From contig CAJULG010000008.1 in the NCBI GenBank assembly GCA_910587045.1, forward strand, positions 6,511 to 70,510: 64,000 nucleotides of DNA, given 5' to 3'. The position numbers were made by a program, and so were the translations under genes. Position 1 is the first letter of the stretch; each line of letters begins with the position of its first letter. The notes beneath the pieces are model-generated. The model saw nothing but the letters and a program-made list of their open reading frames with translations. It had not been told where the DNA came from and ran no database searches. Positions 60,436 to 64,000 of the stretch are shown piece by piece. The stretch is from an uncultured Lachnospiraceae bacterium (lineage in GTDB: Bacteria > Bacillota > Clostridia > Lachnospirales > Lachnospiraceae).

Positions 60436-61854
60436 ATGGAAGCATTTAATGAGGTGTTACAAAAAATTTATGATATGATCTCGGGAGTTCCCCTGATAAT
60501 ACTGATTCTATTTGGCGGTATCTTTCTTACGATACGTCTTGGGGGCGTTCAGATCCGTAAACTGCCGTTAGCCCTTCGCTGGATGATCCAGAATGAGGAG
60601 GATGGAACCGGTGAGATTTCTTCCTTTGGTGCGTTGTGCACCGCTTTATCTGCGACTATAGGAACCGGGAATATTGTTGGGGTTGCTACTGCGATCGCGG
60701 CAGGAGGGCCGGGAGCGCTGTTATGGATGGAAATTGCAGCATTATTTGGCATGGCTACGAAGTATGCAGAAGGATTGCTGGCTGTCAAGTACCGGGTGGT
60801 GGATAAGGATAATCACAGTCTGGGCGGTCCCTTTTACTATATTGAGCATGGAATGGGGAAAAAGTGGAGGTGGCTGGCGAAACTGTTTGCTTTTTTTGGT
60901 GTTTGTGTCGGTTTATTCGGTATCGGAACATTTTCACAGGTAAATGGTATTTCTTCTGCAGTAAAGAATTTCTTTGATCCGAGTATGAGTTGGACGGTTG
61001 ACATTCCGGGGATCGGAACTTATTCCTGGACTGTGATCATTGCCTCTCTGGTCATCAGCGTGTGTACCGCGCTGGTTTTGATCGGTGGAGTCAAGCGTAT
61101 TTCTAAAGTGTCTGAGATGGTAGTTCCATTTATGGCAGGTATCTATATATTATTCTGTCTGGTACTTCTGATCTGTAATATACGGGCAATTCCAACCGCA
61201 GTGTCTATTATCGTAAAAGGAGCGTTTAACCCTGCTGCAGTGACGGGTGGTCTGGTAGGGACTATGATGATCGCAGTGCAGAAGGGTGTGGCCAGAGGAA
61301 TCTTTTCCAATGAGGCAGGGCTTGGCTCTGCTCCTATTGCTGCGGCAGCAGCAAAGACCAGGGAACCGGTGCGTCAGGGGCTGGTATCCATGACCGGTAC
61401 CTTTATTGATACGATCATTATCTGTACCATGACCGGTCTTTCGATTGTGCTGACAGGCGCCTGGAAGGTAGAAGGTCTGGAAGGCGTGGAGGTCACGACG
61501 TATGCGTTTAATTCCGGTCTGCCGATTCCGGCAGGTGCATCCTCTTTTGTATTGATGCTTTGCCTGGTATTCTTCGCATTTACCACCATTCTAGGATGGA
61601 ATTATTATTCGGAACGTTGTCTGGAGTACTTGTTTGACGGTGAGCGAAAATATATTAAAGTATTCCGGTGGTTGTATATTCTGGCTGTATTTATCGGGCC
61701 TTATATGACGGTGACTGCAGTATGGACGATAGCGGATATTTTTAACAGTCTGATGGCAATACCGAATATGATCGCTTTGTTTGCCTTAAGCGGCATTGTA
61801 GTAAAGGAGACAAAGGATTTCTTTCAAAAAAGAGCATCAGCAAAGGAAAAATGA
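60436..61854 (+). CDS. alanine/glycine:cation symporter (AGCS) family transporter
   Basis: MEAFNEVLQKIYDMISG...; conserved SFGALCTALSATIGTGNIVGVA. AAGGGGAAG RBS before the ATG at 60436. Confidence 0.88.
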   Translation: MEAFNEVLQKIYDMISGVPLIILILFGGIFLTIRLGGVQIRKLPLALRWMIQNEEDGTGEISSFGALCTALSATIGTGNIVGVATAIAAGGPGALLWMEIAALFGMATKYAEGLLAVKYRVVDKDNHSLGGPFYYIEHGMGKKWRWLAKLFAFFGVCVGLFGIGTFSQVNGISSAVKNFFDPSMSWTVDIPGIGTYSWTVIIASLVISVCTALVLIGGVKRISKVSEMVVPFMAGIYILFCLVLLICNIRAIPTAVSIIVKGAFNPAAVTGGLVGTMMIAVQKGVARGIFSNEAGLGSAPIAAAAAKTREPVRQGLVSMTGTFIDTIIICTMTGLSIVLTGAWKVEGLEGVEVTTYAFNSGLPIPAGASSFVLMLCLVFFAFTTILGWNYYSERCLEYLFDGERKYIKVFRWLYILAVFIGPYMTVTAVWTIADIFNSLMAIPNMIALFALSGIVVKETKDFFQKRASAKEK

Positions 61855-62696
61855 AGCAGTGTACAGTGAGAGAAACAGAAACGGATGGGATCACGATCAT
61901 GACTGAGCTGGAGGAATATTATAATAAATTCAATGAGGAGAAGCGTCTCAATTCCCGGTATGGACAAGTGGAATTTCGAACCTCTATGCAGTATATTCAT
62001 AAATATCTGGATATCGTAGAAGCTGCCGGCATTTCGAAAGAATCCATTCAGATTCTGGATATTGGTGCCGGAACCGGAAGATACTCGGTAGCACTGGCAG
62101 AGGAAGGGTATTCGGTAACAGCAGTGGAGCTGGTACGGTATAATCTGGGAATCCTGAAGAAAAAGGGAAGCTGTGTCAGAGCCATGCAGGGGGACGCCCG
62201 GAAGCTCTCGAAGCTGGAGGAGGAACAGTTTGATATTACTTTGTTATTTGGTCCGTTGTATCATTTATTCACCTTCGAGGACAAACTGCAGGCTTTAACT
62301 GAGGCAAAGCGTGTAACGAAGAAGGGAGGAGTGATTCTGACTGCTTATTGCATGAATGAGTACGGAGTGATCACCTATGCCTTCAAGGAGGGACATATTC
62401 AGGAGTGTATGGAAGCTGATCGCCTGACAGAGGCCTTCCATTGTGTTTCCGGGGAAAAAGACTTATATGATTATGTCCGGCTTGAAGACATTGATGCATT
62501 GAATCTGGCAGCAGGTCTGCAGCGGATACAGATCATTTCACCGGATGGTCCGGCGAATTATATTCGTCCGACCCTGAATGCCATGGATGACGATACGTTT
62601 GAATTATTTATGAAATATCATTTATCTACCTGTGAGCGACAGGATCTGATCGGAGCCGGAGCACATACGGTGGATATACTGCGTAAGCCTGTATAA
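61851..62696 (+). CDS. class I SAM-dependent methyltransferase
   Basis: Motif I ILDIGAGTGRYS. ATGA overlap with the upstream stop. Alternative start at 61899. Confidence 0.75.
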   Translation: MKQCTVRETETDGITIMTELEEYYNKFNEEKRLNSRYGQVEFRTSMQYIHKYLDIVEAAGISKESIQILDIGAGTGRYSVALAEEGYSVTAVELVRYNLGILKKKGSCVRAMQGDARKLSKLEEEQFDITLLFGPLYHLFTFEDKLQALTEAKRVTKKGGVILTAYCMNEYGVITYAFKEGHIQECMEADRLTEAFHCVSGEKDLYDYVRLEDIDALNLAAGLQRIQIISPDGPANYIRPTLNAMDDDTFELFMKYHLSTCERQDLIGAGAHTVDILRKPV

Positions 62697-62743
62697 AGAA
62701 GTACGGATGCAGGAAACAGAAGGGCAGGGACGGTTAGAAGAAG

Positions 62744-63391
62744 ATGAAGCAGAAGATAATCCGTTTTATTTATTACCTACTGGGAATGATCATACTTGCA
62801 TTTGGAATATCGCTCAATACGAAATGCGGTCTGGGCGTATCTCCGATCATTTCTATATCTTACAGTGTTTCTGTGATCTGGAATTTGAATTTTGGCAATA
62901 TGACTCTGATCCTGTACTGTCTGTTTGTAGTAGTACAGTACATTTTGCGGGGAAAAAACAGCCGTCTGCACGATCTCCTGCAGGTTCCGGCGGCTTTGCT
63001 GGTCAGTCAGCTTCTGAATCTGTTTGATTATCTGCTGGTCTTTGAACTGACCGGCTTCTGGTGGAAGCTTTTGCTGCTGGTGACTGCGATTCTGCTGACG
63101 GGCCTTGGAATCGTGCTATCGGTAAATATGAGGCTGGTACCCAATCCGGGAGACGGGATAGTACAGGCTATTTCAGATAAGACCGGGAAGCCGCTTGGGT
63201 TGACGAAGAATTTATTTGATGTAGGCTGTATTCTTGTTTCCTGTTCCGTTGGACTGATATTTGCCGGCGGATTAGTGGGAATCGGAGTTGGAACGGTGCT
63301 CGCAGTGATCGGCGTCGGTCGGGCTGTTGCACTGTTCAATCATCTGTTCCGGAATGGACTTCTGCGCCAGGCCGGGCTTACAGAATCATAG
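62744..63391 (+). CDS. YczE/YitT-like membrane protein (DUF6198-like)
   Basis: 215 aa, 5-6 TM; N-terminal FIYYLLGMIILAFGISLNTKCGLGVSPI is typical of this family. Confidence 0.7.
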   Translation: MKQKIIRFIYYLLGMIILAFGISLNTKCGLGVSPIISISYSVSVIWNLNFGNMTLILYCLFVVVQYILRGKNSRLHDLLQVPAALLVSQLLNLFDYLLVFELTGFWWKLLLLVTAILLTGLGIVLSVNMRLVPNPGDGIVQAISDKTGKPLGLTKNLFDVGCILVSCSVGLIFAGGLVGIGVGTVLAVIGVGRAVALFNHLFRNGLLRQAGLTES

Positions 63392-63414
63392 AAATGGAGC
63401 CAGGATGAAATACT

Positions 63415-64000
63415 ACTTTGCCCCCATGGAGGGGATTACCAGATATACATATCGGAATGCGGTCTGGAAGCATTTTCCTTATGTAGACAAGTTCTATGCA
63501 CCATTTATCCAGCCCAATCCAAGAAGAGTGTTTGTGCCGAAGGAGGAACGGGATATCCTGCCGGAGCATAATGAGGGGATTCCTTTAGTACCACAGGTAC
63601 TGACCTGCAGTGCGGATGGATTCATCCGGGCAGGAAGAGCGTTGGAGGCTTATGGTTATACGGAGGTGAATCTGAATCTTGGCTGTCCCTCCGGTACGGT
63701 AGTATCTAAGGGAAAGGGTGCCGGAATGCTGGCAGATGCGCAGAAGCTGGAAGAATTTTTTAATGAGGTGTTCGCTGTGGAGTGGAAGGCGAGGATTACG
63801 GTAAAGACCCGGCTGGGAGCGACAGAGGAGGACGATTTTCTGGAACTTATGCAGGTATTTTTACGGTTTCCGATCGCAGAGCTTATCATACATCCCAGAT
63901 ATCGCACGGATTTTTACAAGGGAACACCCCGGATGGAATGGTTTTGGCAGGCAATGAAGATGAGGGATCAGGCAGGTAGGCAGGTGAAGGAAGGTTTGCC
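63415..64000 (+). CDS. dus: tRNA-dihydrouridine synthase family protein, N-terminal part (3' end outside window)
   Basis: Not in the ORF track (no stop in the window). The ATG at 63415 gives MKYYFAPMEGITRYTYRNAV... and the FMN/active-site context EVNLNLGCPSGTVVSKGKGAGML. Confidence 0.8.

Noticed and set aside
62707-63027. 106-aa ORF overlapping the start of the YczE-like gene
   Set aside because: It is in a different frame of the same region as the 215-aa membrane protein, which has a recognisable family N-terminus. The 106-aa product has low complexity and matches no motif.

Overview
This is a chromosomal segment from a Firmicutes/Clostridia-type genome (Lachnospiraceae-like gene content and codon usage), almost entirely coding. 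The left part (1-20.8 kb) holds housekeeping and transport genes: leuA 3' end, paaK-ACT, feoAB, an AIM24-family gene, a cysD-cysNC-sulfotransferase cluster, an M24 peptidase, trkAH, lrp, araC, methyltransferases and cls. The centre (21.0-42.2 kb) is the complete S10-spc-alpha ribosomal protein superoperon (rpsJ through rplQ, including secY, adk, map, infA, rpmJ, rpoA). It is followed by a fused ecfA1A2, ecfT, truA and rplM-rpsI. Directly after the rpsI terminator (42.2-47.7 kb) lies a visibly AT-richer defence island. It contains a type III toxin-antitoxin locus (38-nt tandem RNA repeats, terminator, ToxN/AbiQ-like toxin), an orphan copy of the same repeat plus terminator, and a type IIS-like restriction-modification operon (two paralogous SPPY methyltransferases and an AlwI/MlyI-like endonuclease). 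A DUF1848 Fe-S protein gene sits next to it. The right part (48.6-64 kb) encodes azlCD, a family-6 UDG, and several transporters (SNF, MacAB-like ABC, MATE, ZIP, AGCS). It also holds a blaI/blaR1-like pair, a methyltransferase, a YczE-like membrane protein and a dus 5' end. The non-coding signals most worth follow-up are: (1) a ~65-nt structured element present three times, with compensatory base changes in three stems; (2) five near-consensus DnaA boxes between truA and rplM; (3) the antitoxin repeat copying the toxin's first codons; (4) a possible structured leader upstream of the MATE gene. No rRNA, tRNA, CRISPR array, transposase or integrase was seen.
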